Numbered from the stretch's first letter, positions 18,490 to 27,690 are shown. The stretch: 36,484 nucleotides of DNA from an uncultured Candidatus Peribacteria bacterium (GCA_964603905.1 CAZRWH010000004.1:25032-61515), one strand, 5' to 3'. The notes: generated from the letters alone by a model not told the origin. Translations and numbers: made by a program.

Positions 18490-18765
18490 TTATTTGTTAG
18501 AAATACCAAGGACTCGAATCAATTCAGCAATCATTTCGTCCTGCTTTGATTTGTTTTTTGTTGAAAATGCTGAGCTAAAACACGAGGCAAGATGGTTTTT
18601 TAAGAGGGTGGATTGCGCCGATTTTAGCAATCCTTGGGCCGCACGAACTTGTTGAATTATATCAATGCAGTACCTTTCATCCTCTGTCATTTTGATGATG
18701 CGATTGATTGAGCTCGAAGCTTTTTTAAGCGCTATCAGTGTTTTTTGTTTGTTTTCTGGGATCAT
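18490..18765 (-). CDS. csoR: CsoR/RcnR-family metal-sensing repressor
   Basis: ERYCIDIIQQVRA..LKNHLASC (C-H-C Cu(I) ligands). Confidence 0.88.
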   Translation of the reverse strand: MIPENKQKTLIALKKASSSINRIIKMTEDERYCIDIIQQVRAAQGLLKSAQSTLLKNHLASCFSSAFSTKNKSKQDEMIAELIRVLGISNK

Positions 18766-18784
18766 GTTTTTAGTTTAAATATTT

Positions 18785-18827
18785 AAGTACCTATACCTAT
18801 GGTACAGGTACTTGGCAAGTGTGTCAA
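18785..18827 (-). promoter_or_regulatory. CsoR operator overlapping the copper-operon promoter
   Basis: Inverted repeat AAGTACCTATACC-TAT-GGTACAGGTACTT (18785-18813, one mismatch); minus strand TTGACA-17nt-TACCAT. Confidence 0.75.
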
Positions 18828-18908
18828 TCGACATGAATTTCTTCTTTGGATTAACCTGACAACTTGATACAATAACAAATACCCAGCCACTACCTAAAAA
18901 TTGACAAA

Positions 18909-20633
18909 ATGGCAGCGAAAACAGAAACCAAAAAAACGAAAAAAAAGGCTCCTGCAAAAAAGAAAACTACAAAAAAAGAGAAGAAGCAGGAGAAGAAGAA
19001 AATCGATATTTCAAGCAAGCTAATTAACGGGATAGTTCTTGCAATCATATTGGTTGCATTTACGTTGCTCGCAATATTGCTAGGAGGGAAGATGCTTGAT
19101 CCAACAAATCTTGCAAAAATCTTGCCTGCAGAACAAACAGTAGGATTCATCACAGTCGATACATCGGATCTTTCAGTCAAAATGGACTGGCCGGCAGAGT
19201 ACGCATTTGCTCCAGAGAATCTAAAAGAGCAAGCTTCAACATACCTAAACCAAGAAAGTTTCGAAATCTTGGAGTCTTGGTTTGGTGGGCAAGTGGCGGT
19301 CGCATATTTGATGGGGCCAAATCAACAACTTGAACAAGTCTATTTCGTTGAATATTCGAACCGCGCCTTTGCAACAGAATTTTTAGAATCAATTTCGGCT
19401 CCAGAAGAGGAAATCGAAAGAGAAAGGTATCAAGGTATAACAGTTTATTCGTATCCATTGAGTCAAAATTTCTCTGCAGCCTTCATTGCCAATTACGTAG
19501 TGATTTCTTCAAGAAAAGCCAATGTGCAGTTACTAATCGACTCTTTCAAAGGTGAGTCATCAAGCTTGAAAACAAACGGCAGTTACAACGCAATTGCTGA
19601 CAACTTGCCTTATCAACCAACGTTCCTGACCTACTGGAACATTGAGCAGTATCCAGAGGTCATAGAGAAATACGTTCCACTTTATGAAGTTGTTCCAGAG
19701 TCTTTGATCGCACCATTCATGTCGATATTTACAGGTTTCGGTGCTGCTGGAGAACTAACGGAAGATGGACTGCTTGTTCAGACATATACAACTGTGCAGA
19801 AAGAGCTTTTGGATGATGAATACTACTTCAGCTTCATGGACAAATATCAGGCGAATCTGACGAAATATGTTCCAGAAAACCAAACAATATTCTGGGGAGG
19901 ACACGATTTGTATGCGGAATCACAAAGAGTAATTTCGATTTTCAATCAATTACATCCGTCAGCAGCTTTGATATTCGAAGGAATGTTACAAGCGGTTGCA
20001 ACCGAATACTTTGGCAAAAACATCGAACTGGATGAAGACATTTATCCTTTGCTGACAGAGGAGTACGCAATAGCAGTTTATGGAGACGAATATCTAGGGG
20101 TTATTCAGTTAGGAGATGCTGAAGCAAAACAAATTCATATCGATACGCTCAAGCAGGGGTTCCTAGAGCAGCAAATTTATAGCGATCCGTATGTTCAAAC
20201 TTACGAATTGGAAGACGGTTCAACAGGACAAGAAATCGTCGCAGACTTGGTGGAAATTTTGCATCAAGAGGTCGATTACGAAGGGGTAGAAATAGATAAG
20301 TTCTATCTGTCAAACGAAGAAGTTTTGGGTTACATGACAGTTTTTGATGGCAATTTTGTATTCTCAACAGACAGCGAAATACTCAAGAAGGCAGTGGATC
20401 TAATGAAGTCACCAAACGGAAGCCTGTCCGCTAGCTCGGACATGGATGCAATCAACGCAATTATGAGATCGGCAGACGAAGCTAGCTACATAGATTTGGA
20501 GGAAGTAAGGGAATCAGAAATCTGGGGATTAGAAGCTTTATCAATATTTTCAGGATTTAGTTCGACAAAGAATTTCTTCGACGATGGAGTGGCAACATTC
20601 CATTTGTTTGAGTTCGGATTAGTCGGCAGTTAG
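18909..20633 (+). CDS. Membrane-anchored acidic protein, DUF3352-like
   Basis: Lys-rich N-tail, one TM, large acidic ectodomain with two similar halves (ILPAEQ/YVPENQ, YQGITV/YEGVEI). Family call from recall only. Confidence 0.65.
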   Translation: MAAKTETKKTKKKAPAKKKTTKKEKKQEKKKIDISSKLINGIVLAIILVAFTLLAILLGGKMLDPTNLAKILPAEQTVGFITVDTSDLSVKMDWPAEYAFAPENLKEQASTYLNQESFEILESWFGGQVAVAYLMGPNQQLEQVYFVEYSNRAFATEFLESISAPEEEIERERYQGITVYSYPLSQNFSAAFIANYVVISSRKANVQLLIDSFKGESSSLKTNGSYNAIADNLPYQPTFLTYWNIEQYPEVIEKYVPLYEVVPESLIAPFMSIFTGFGAAGELTEDGLLVQTYTTVQKELLDDEYYFSFMDKYQANLTKYVPENQTIFWGGHDLYAESQRVISIFNQLHPSAALIFEGMLQAVATEYFGKNIELDEDIYPLLTEEYAIAVYGDEYLGVIQLGDAEAKQIHIDTLKQGFLEQQIYSDPYVQTYELEDGSTGQEIVADLVEILHQEVDYEGVEIDKFYLSNEEVLGYMTVFDGNFVFSTDSEILKKAVDLMKSPNGSLSASSDMDAINAIMRSADEASYIDLEEVRESEIWGLEALSIFSGFSSTKNFFDDGVATFHLFEFGLVGS

Positions 20634-20655
20634 AAGTAAGCAGAGAGCAGAGATG
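20621..20655. repeat. Degenerate heptamer array
   Basis: AGTCGGC AGTTAGA AGTAAGC AGAGAGC AGAGATG, spanning the stop of the upstream gene. Confidence 0.5.
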
Positions 20656-20657
20656 GA

Positions 20658-20807
20658 GCGCTTAGCGCAGATTAAAAATACGTTTCGCAACGCGAAACCC
20701 CATGACTACCAGGGCGGCCAAAGGCCAGCCCCCAAATATAAATTCTGTTTCTGCCCAGGCAGAAACACCATGACTACTACAACTACTCACTACAACTACC
20801 TATACCT
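20658..20807 (+). repeat. Dispersed leader element, tandem copies B1 and B2
   Basis: GCGC-TTA-GCGC; GTTTCGC-AAC-GCGAAAC + CCCATGACTAC; GGGCGGCC-AAA-GGCCAGCCC; TGTTTCTGC-CCAG-GCAGAAACA + CCATGACTAC + G-free tract up to CCT-ATG. Confidence 0.75.
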
Positions 20808-22910
20808 ATGCGCCCACGCACAATCAAAATGCCAGAGGCCTCGATAAAAGAGGGGGGAACCCCTCAAAGTTCGCCGTATGTGCTTAAGATTGAGCGGAAA
20901 ACAGGGGTTGCTCCAAAGAAGTGTGTCGACATAGTTCTGCCAGAGAAAAAACGCGCAAAAAAAATCAAAATGCCTAAGCGAGAAAACCTTTTTGCGAAGA
21001 GTGAAGTTCTCAGGATGGCAACAATCGCAACTCTTGTGGTTATGATTTTGAATATGGGACAGATGTATTTCAAAGCAGGAGAGACAAAGGACGCGATTTT
21101 TGATGCGGCATATGCAGGAGTTGATCAGCTGATGGAGATCGATACGGACGACATGGAAGGAGCAAACGAAGCTTTTCAGATTGCAAATTATCAATTTGAA
21201 ATGGCTGAAAACATGCTTTGGTATCTAAACGACTCTGGGAATATCGAAGGAGCAAATAAGTACATAAAAACGGCCGACGGGATCCTGAATGCAGCTGTAG
21301 CAATTACAACAGCAGGAGAACTTTTTGCTGAGTTTGTTGTTAACACAACAGAACTTAGCGAAGGGTTGTTTACAGATAACACAGAAGGGGTGAAGCCTTC
21401 TTTGACAGAGGCTTTGAAAGCAGGATATTCAGAATATTTGGAGCCTGCGTATGATGAGCTGGTTTTGGCGCAAACACACTTAGATAATGTAGATGTTACG
21501 GTCCTGCCAGCTGCGTATGTTAAGCAGGTTGCGCTTGCTCAAGAACAGCTGAAGGTGGTTAACAATATGCTGGGGAAGGTGTCAGAAAACTTCAACGCAA
21601 TCATTAAATTGTTAGGAGATGAATTGCCGCAGAAATATATGATCCTATTTGAAAACAACAGTGAATTAAGACCTGGTGGAGGATTCATGGGAAGCTTTTT
21701 GTTGGTTGATATCAACGACGGATACATAGACTCAATGGAGTTCTCAGATATTTATGAATGGGATGGCGCATTTACTGAATTTATTGAGCCACCAGTAAAA
21801 GAAATTGAATATCTGACATGTTGTTGGGGACTTAGGGATGCGAATTATTCGCCAGATTTTGTTGTTTCATCGGAGGCGGTAAGATGGCTTTTTGAAAAAG
21901 AAAACGGTCCATCCGTAGACCACGTAATCATGGTGGACCTGAGTTTGGTTTCAGACATAATTAATAAAATTGGTCCGCTTGAGTCGCCAAGTCTTGAAGG
22001 GCAATTAACAGGAGAGAATTTCGAGCTGATTTTGAGCTACATCGTTGAGTCAAAATTGATGGGAGAGACCAGCCCGAAATCAATTGTCGAAGAAATTGTA
22101 CCGATTTTCAAAGAAGAAATTTTGAAGCCTCAAAACCTGCTTAGCGTCGCAGGGGCTTTCATGCGAGGAGCCGAGGGGAAGCACTTTGCTGCTTACAGCG
22201 TTGATGAAGAAATGCAAAACTTTTGGAGGAGTTGGAATTTGGATGGTGAGCTTTATAGGCCTGGAGAGAATGAAGACTATTTGCTAGTCACTGTTAGCGG
22301 TATTGGTGGAAACAAAACGGATCGATACGTGGAGCAAGAAATCCTTCACCAAACACTGATATCTCGTGAGGGCGAATTAATGAATAAGTTGACGATTACT
22401 CGCGAGCACACTTGGACAGAAGAGGTGAGAACATGGCAAATGGATCAATTAAATTTGTTTGGTTTTGAGACGGTCTCAGAAACTGTTCAAGATATACTGG
22501 GGCAAGGAGACAACGTTGCAGGTATTCGGGTTTATGTGCCAAATGGGTCTAGCATTATTGATACAGATGGAATCTTTGAGCATATACCGGAAGTTCTTTA
22601 TGACGAGCAACTTGAGATGGAATATTTCTATTTCGTAGTAAGGACAAAACCAGGTGAAACAACAGAAATTCAATTAACATACGATCTGCCTTTTAATCTC
22701 ACTTTTGAGCCTGCAGACGACTACTTCTTGTTTGTTGAAAAACAGCCTGGACTGGACAACACAGTCTTCACGAAAGAAATAATAGCGCCAGCAATAAACA
22801 ATCATGCTCTTTATCCAAAAGGGGAATTCCAAAAGGACCAAGATTTAAATTACACACTGACTCTAGACTTGGATAAGCCAATTCATCTAGGAGGAGTTTT
22901 TACTAACTAA
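20808..22910 (+). CDS. DUF4012-domain membrane-anchored protein
   Basis: YMILFENNSELRPGGGFMGSF, LRDANYSPDF, GGNKTDRY, VEKQPG; N-terminal TM. Confidence 0.8.
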   Translation: MRPRTIKMPEASIKEGGTPQSSPYVLKIERKTGVAPKKCVDIVLPEKKRAKKIKMPKRENLFAKSEVLRMATIATLVVMILNMGQMYFKAGETKDAIFDAAYAGVDQLMEIDTDDMEGANEAFQIANYQFEMAENMLWYLNDSGNIEGANKYIKTADGILNAAVAITTAGELFAEFVVNTTELSEGLFTDNTEGVKPSLTEALKAGYSEYLEPAYDELVLAQTHLDNVDVTVLPAAYVKQVALAQEQLKVVNNMLGKVSENFNAIIKLLGDELPQKYMILFENNSELRPGGGFMGSFLLVDINDGYIDSMEFSDIYEWDGAFTEFIEPPVKEIEYLTCCWGLRDANYSPDFVVSSEAVRWLFEKENGPSVDHVIMVDLSLVSDIINKIGPLESPSLEGQLTGENFELILSYIVESKLMGETSPKSIVEEIVPIFKEEILKPQNLLSVAGAFMRGAEGKHFAAYSVDEEMQNFWRSWNLDGELYRPGENEDYLLVTVSGIGGNKTDRYVEQEILHQTLISREGELMNKLTITREHTWTEEVRTWQMDQLNLFGFETVSETVQDILGQGDNVAGIRVYVPNGSSIIDTDGIFEHIPEVLYDEQLEMEYFYFVVRTKPGETTEIQLTYDLPFNLTFEPADDYFLFVEKQPGLDNTVFTKEIIAPAINNHALYPKGEFQKDQDLNYTLTLDLDKPIHLGGVFTN

Positions 22911-22916
22911 AAAAAC

Positions 22917-23771
22917 ATGCACAAAGTATTACTCGCAGCACAGCGAAACGAAATTACCGAACACTTTATCTACAAAAAACTGGCAAAGTCGACCAAGAAC
23001 AGGCATAACCGAGACACGCTCAATCGAATTGCAGACGACGAACTTAAGCATTACAAGATCTGGATAAAATACACAAAAACAGAAGTGAAGCCGGATAAGC
23101 TCAAGATTTTTATGTACTACTGGATATCGAAAATCCTCGGCCTTACATTTGGGGTGCGACTCATGGAAAAAGGAGAATCAATGGCGCAAGTTAACTACAA
23201 AAAACTTGTAAAAACATATCCAGAGGCCGCAAAAATCGCACAAGAAGAAGATGAACACGAACAGAGATTGATAGAGATTCTGAATGAGGAAAAGCTTGAA
23301 TACATCGGGTCAATGGTCCTTGGTCTAAACGACGCATTGGTCGAGCTGACAGGAGTTTTGGCAGGTTTGACACTGGCTCTACAAAACACCTCATTGATAG
23401 CTTTGACCGGAGGAATAACAGGTATTGCAGCCTCATTATCAATGGCGGCATCTGAATACTTGTCGATCAAGTCAGATGATAGCAATCAGGACCCAGTCAA
23501 AGGGTCTCTGTATACAGGATCAGCTTACGTAATGACCGTAATAATCCTGGTTGCACCGTACTTGATTTTCGAAAACTATTATTACGCACTTGCAACCGCT
23601 CTAGTTTCAGCAGTGCTAATAATTTTGATCTTCACATTCTACATATCCATCGCAAAAAATCTTCCATTCAAAAGAAGATTCTTTGAAATGGCAGGGATTA
23701 GTCTGGGGGTTTCATCCCTAACCTTCGGGATAGGATATCTAATCCGCTTGTTGTGGGGAATAGATCTGTAA
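22917..23771 (+). CDS. Rubrerythrin/ferritin-like domain fused to VIT1/CCC1 transporter
   Basis: ExxH motifs (DELKH, EDEH); VLGLNDALVE and SLSMAASEYLS VIT1 motifs; five TMs. Confidence 0.85.
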   Translation: MHKVLLAAQRNEITEHFIYKKLAKSTKNRHNRDTLNRIADDELKHYKIWIKYTKTEVKPDKLKIFMYYWISKILGLTFGVRLMEKGESMAQVNYKKLVKTYPEAAKIAQEEDEHEQRLIEILNEEKLEYIGSMVLGLNDALVELTGVLAGLTLALQNTSLIALTGGITGIAASLSMAASEYLSIKSDDSNQDPVKGSLYTGSAYVMTVIILVAPYLIFENYYYALATALVSAVLIILIFTFYISIAKNLPFKRRFFEMAGISLGVSSLTFGIGYLIRLLWGIDL

Positions 23772-26700
23772 TCTTTTCGGAATCAGGGTGATCTAACAAG
23801 AAAGAGTTAGGTGCCATTTGAACAACCTCAACAGCAGGTAGGCGGTGAGATTTTAGTATGACGCTAAGTATTTGGTAGCTAGACATGTCATCCGGAAACT
23901 CTAGGACAAGAGGGAAGACATTACCTGGCTTTGCTAAGGCTGTTTGCATTATCAAAGGGTCTATATTAGCCCCATGTTTTGCAAGGAAACCAGTGAGTTC
24001 TTCAAAAGCACCTCGTCGATTAGTTAACTGAAAAGAAACAGAAATTGGCCTTTCTCGATCAAGGTACATATCGATAGCATGCAAAGGATCTAGGCGTCCA
24101 TCTCCAATACACTCCATTGTTCTTTGGCGACGGTCTTTGTAGTAGGCTGTGTGCCTTTCTACATCACGTCGATGAATCATTTGAGTTGTCATGTCTGCAA
24201 CGACTCTTTGAATACTAGCAAGTGCAGAAGGATCCTCTTCGCGTTTAGCAAGTTCGGAATATTCTTGGAGCTCAGAAAATCTTTGATCGATCTCTATGAT
24301 GTCTTGAGGTACTTCCTCAGGATTAAGAAGGTGATCTATGCATTTCAGCTCAATGATCCCATGTTTTTTTTCAAGGCCCAAAACAGGAGCAAGAACGTAT
24401 TCGATATAACGCTTAGCATAGGATATACATATCGCTGCCCTTGCCTTATCCATGTCTTCAGGGAGAGGAGTTTTTTGTTGGATAAGATCTGTAAAATATT
24501 GTCTTACGCGAGTAGCAAAGCGCCTGCGATCAGCACAATGAGTTAGGAGGTCTAGCCCAAAAGTGCTGTTCGTTTTTGATGGATCAATGACGATTTGGCA
24601 TATATCTTCATCTTCCAAAGGTTCAAACAAATGGACACGTTTCTTTTTTAGTTCGATGTAGCCGTCAACAACAACTCTATGAAGCACAACAGCATGAGAA
24701 GCTTGGAATAGATATTTAGGGAAAGCTCTATCATTAAATGCGGCAGCAATAACATCTAAAGGGGTTGCTCCTTGAGGTACAACAATCGGGCTTTCAAGCA
24801 GCTCTTCAGCTCCATGCTTAAGGAATATCCTCATGTTAGGACGCAAAACTTCAGTTTCAATAACCTCCAAGATTGGCCTGTTTGTTGCTCGTGCTTCGTC
24901 GATAGCATGCTTAAGTTTTTCAATTAATTCTTCAGGGATGGAGCCAGCTATACCTTTTTTTGCAGCAGTCTCATTTCTTACTGTGTTAACTCTGACACGA
25001 ATACTTCGCCCTGTTAGTGGATCGGAAAGATCAAGCTTGATTCCATGAAGTTCATCGTCTTCCGGGTACGTTGTCATTTTGTGGCCAGCCGATATAGCGT
25101 TTTGTATTTTTGCAGCGACTGATGATAAATCGTCAGGACTACCTACCAAAACTGCAATTTCAAAAAGAGGATCTTCCGGTATTTCAGGTACATATTTCGG
25201 GTCTCCAAGTCGGGACAAATCAATATGACTTTCGAGAGCGCTCGGGATGATATCAATTGAACGAATTCCTGGATCGATTGGAGTGAAGACGCTCATTATT
25301 TCTCCTCGTATATCACCGATAGCATCCCAAACTTCACCCTTAGGAAGATTGAAGCTGTGAAGCATTTGACCACAAAGTGATCCTGCATCAGGTCTATATT
25401 TATCGCGATCCATGAAACTAAGCATCCTCTTTAGGATTTTTACTTCAAACAAGTGGGCAGGAATAGAGTCGAAATGTTGGTTTAGTCTCAAGCGATCTTC
25501 AATGTCTTTCCTCTGTTTTTTATAAAACTTTTTGCGAATTGAAGTCTTGTTTTCCTCTTCATAAAAATCGAACGCTAGTCCAACAAGCATGTTGTAAACT
25601 TCAGTTAGACCGAGCATTTTGGCAAGGATAGAGTAGTCGCGTAGTGAACGCATTTTTTCGCGAGCGCGCTCAGAACTAAGGCCATCAAGAGTTTCGAAGT
25701 TTTGAATTTGTTCAAGTACTTTGCATACAAAAATTTCGGGATCAAGTATCCCTTTTTCAAAAAATGCTAGAAGATTTACTTCGTCACGATCAGGCGTGGG
25801 GAAGTCCTGTTTCTTTGTCATTCCCAATACTCTTCTTTCAACATCATGAGAAACACCCTGGAAAAATTCTCTAGGACTACAGCTGTATTCATCGTTGTAG
25901 TCATCACTCAATTTATCAGCATACAGAGGATAGCAACACACCCAGTCGAGGTTTAAATTAGGACTGTTTTTGTCATGGACGCCGACATCTTCGATACTGT
26001 CATGTTTGAACGCAGAGAATATATCGGCAGAGTCGGTAAATGAGTACTTGGCGTGATTGCTGGCAGCAGCTTGGAGGTGCTCATCGAAGTAAGATTTTGA
26101 AGGGTCAGATTTTCGAGTTTTATTTCGGAAAAGATAGTGGTCATAAACCATTTCATAGGCGAGTGCAATTAAGAAATCCGGCCCGTGCAAAGGTTTGCCT
26201 TCAAGTCTGCGTTGGTGCTGAATTTTAATCGCAAGCTTTTCAATAATCTCTTTTAGTGGCTCATTTTCTTCGAGATGTTTAGCAAGAATATATGTAAAAA
26301 AACTAAATTTAATCTCCTCAAGTTTGGTCAACTGCATCTGGTAATCTTGCAGGGTAAGTGAAAACCATGCAGGTCCGCTCATATCCAAATCGATACGGTT
26401 TTTGTTAAGCCAAATGAATGCCAAAATATCATTAAAGCCATTCGTGTTTTTTGCATCAGGATCGCATTTACCCCTGATTGTTCTTCGGAACTGGTTAAAA
26501 TCTTTTGCCTCAAGGAGCGCTATTTTCGCTCGGACAAAAAGCATATCAAGCAACTTTGGATTGTCTGTAAGTGCAGATTGGCAGACATGGATTGATTTTT
26601 TTGTATCCATGACTTCTTGCGCAATATCAACCTCAGAATCAAAAGAAACGATGTCGCCGTTTATGTCTTCGTAGCTTTCAAAAAACACTTCTTCAACCTG

Positions 26701-26892
26701 TGTAGCATCAAAAGCAATTGATCGAAAAGCCCGATTAACACCTTTGATCGTATTAGTAAATTCGGTTTTAGATAGGCCTGGAGTTCTTCTGTAAATTGAA
26801 AAACGTTCAAGCTTATTGCGTCTCGGAGGATCCGTCGAAATTCGGTCAATAGTTCTGTCTAAATTTTCGCCTGGCTGCAACACTAAGTCCAA
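23698..26892 (-). CDS. Highly divergent long RelA/SpoT homolog (HD + pseudo-synthetase + TGS + ACT) with N-terminal extension; start (TTG) uncertain
   Basis: RKS..Y..H, KHDSIEDV, VLGMTK, KVLEQIQNFETL, LAKMLGL; RVRVNT..AAKKGIA; PQGATPLD..LEDEDICQI; TNRRGAFEELTGFLAKHGANI. Confidence 0.78.
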   Translation of the reverse strand: MDLVLQPGENLDRTIDRISTDPPRRNKLERFSIYRRTPGLSKTEFTNTIKGVNRAFRSIAFDATQVEEVFFESYEDINGDIVSFDSEVDIAQEVMDTKKSIHVCQSALTDNPKLLDMLFVRAKIALLEAKDFNQFRRTIRGKCDPDAKNTNGFNDILAFIWLNKNRIDLDMSGPAWFSLTLQDYQMQLTKLEEIKFSFFTYILAKHLEENEPLKEIIEKLAIKIQHQRRLEGKPLHGPDFLIALAYEMVYDHYLFRNKTRKSDPSKSYFDEHLQAAASNHAKYSFTDSADIFSAFKHDSIEDVGVHDKNSPNLNLDWVCCYPLYADKLSDDYNDEYSCSPREFFQGVSHDVERRVLGMTKKQDFPTPDRDEVNLLAFFEKGILDPEIFVCKVLEQIQNFETLDGLSSERAREKMRSLRDYSILAKMLGLTEVYNMLVGLAFDFYEEENKTSIRKKFYKKQRKDIEDRLRLNQHFDSIPAHLFEVKILKRMLSFMDRDKYRPDAGSLCGQMLHSFNLPKGEVWDAIGDIRGEIMSVFTPIDPGIRSIDIIPSALESHIDLSRLGDPKYVPEIPEDPLFEIAVLVGSPDDLSSVAAKIQNAISAGHKMTTYPEDDELHGIKLDLSDPLTGRSIRVRVNTVRNETAAKKGIAGSIPEELIEKLKHAIDEARATNRPILEVIETEVLRPNMRIFLKHGAEELLESPIVVPQGATPLDVIAAAFNDRAFPKYLFQASHAVVLHRVVVDGYIELKKKRVHLFEPLEDEDICQIVIDPSKTNSTFGLDLLTHCADRRRFATRVRQYFTDLIQQKTPLPEDMDKARAAICISYAKRYIEYVLAPVLGLEKKHGIIELKCIDHLLNPEEVPQDIIEIDQRFSELQEYSELAKREEDPSALASIQRVVADMTTQMIHRRDVERHTAYYKDRRQRTMECIGDGRLDPLHAIDMYLDRERPISVSFQLTNRRGAFEELTGFLAKHGANIDPLIMQTALAKPGNVFPLVLEFPDDMSSYQILSVILKSHRLPAVEVVQMAPNSFLLDHPDSEKITDLFPTTSGLDILSRRLGMKPPD

Positions 26893-27082
26893 ATTACTAA
26901 AATAGAATAAAACTTATACCACGACTCGGTAAATATGTAAAGGGCGCCAACAGGTTTGAACGATGATTGTAAAAAAAACGGAATATATATCTTGGTTTTA
27001 TATGACAAAATAAGCCAAATTAAACCTGTTATAAGCATGTAAAATATGCTAAAATCCAGGCACAATTAATAACTAATTAAAA

Positions 27083-27619
27083 ATGGTTTTATCAGACAAG
27101 ACTCTCAAAGCAATGATCGAATCAGGCGAACTCAAAGTTTCTCCTCTTACAGATCAATCAATTCAACCTGCATCTATTGACTGCACGCTCGGATCACACT
27201 ATTTAGTTGTGGAACACAACAAAATGGAGACCCTAACACTCGATTCAGAAATCCATTACCGTGAAATAGAAGGTGACTCAATCACAATCCCAGCGCATTC
27301 ATTTCTTCTCGCAACAATTGAGCAGTACGTTGAATTGCCAGACGACCTAACTGCATTTGTGGAAGGGCGAAGTTCAATCGGACGTATCGGACTTTTTATT
27401 CAAAACGCAGGATGGGTGGACCCAGGATTCAAAGGTCAAATAACGCTCGAACTTTACAACGCAAACTCACTCCCAATTAGGCTCGAAAAAGGACGACGAA
27501 TTTGTCAGCTTGTCTTCTGTAAAATGGATCAAGCAGCAGAAGTTCCTTACGACGGCAAATATCAAGGTCAGACGAATGCAACGGGAAGCAGGGTGTTTAA
27601 GGATGTTGAGGTGAAGTAA
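27083..27619 (+). CDS. dcd: dCTP deaminase
   Basis: IQPASID, EGRSSIGRIG, AGWVDPGFKGQITLE, ICQLVF, YDGKYQGQ. Confidence 0.95.
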   Translation: MVLSDKTLKAMIESGELKVSPLTDQSIQPASIDCTLGSHYLVVEHNKMETLTLDSEIHYREIEGDSITIPAHSFLLATIEQYVELPDDLTAFVEGRSSIGRIGLFIQNAGWVDPGFKGQITLELYNANSLPIRLEKGRRICQLVFCKMDQAAEVPYDGKYQGQTNATGSRVFKDVEVK

Positions 27620-27630
27620 GTATAACAACA

Positions 27631-27659
27631 AAAAACCTGCCATCACTGGCAGGCCTTTT
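27631..27659. terminator. Probable bidirectional terminator between dcd and ahpC
   Basis: AAAAA-CCTGCCA-TCAC-TGGCAGG-CCTTTT. Confidence 0.7.
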
Positions 27660-27690
27660 GCTTAGGGTGTCAAAACTTAACCGGTAAGAT

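Noticed and set aside
18789-18801. 13-mer ACCTATACCTATG shared between the CsoR operator and the 20798-20810 leader
   Set aside because: The second site lacks the other half of the palindrome; likely coincidence.
20671-20810. CRISPR array (palindromic GTTTC..GAAAC repeats)
   Set aside because: Only two non-identical units here and one 19 kb away; no regular spacers and no cas genes in the window.
20653-20847. 64-aa ORF as an independent protein-coding gene
   Set aside because: It reads through hairpin repeats; only its poly-Thr tail is considered, as a possible uORF.
26978-26998. NrdR box upstream of dcd (ggaatatatatcttggtt)
   Set aside because: Only one half resembles the consensus, in very AT-rich sequence.
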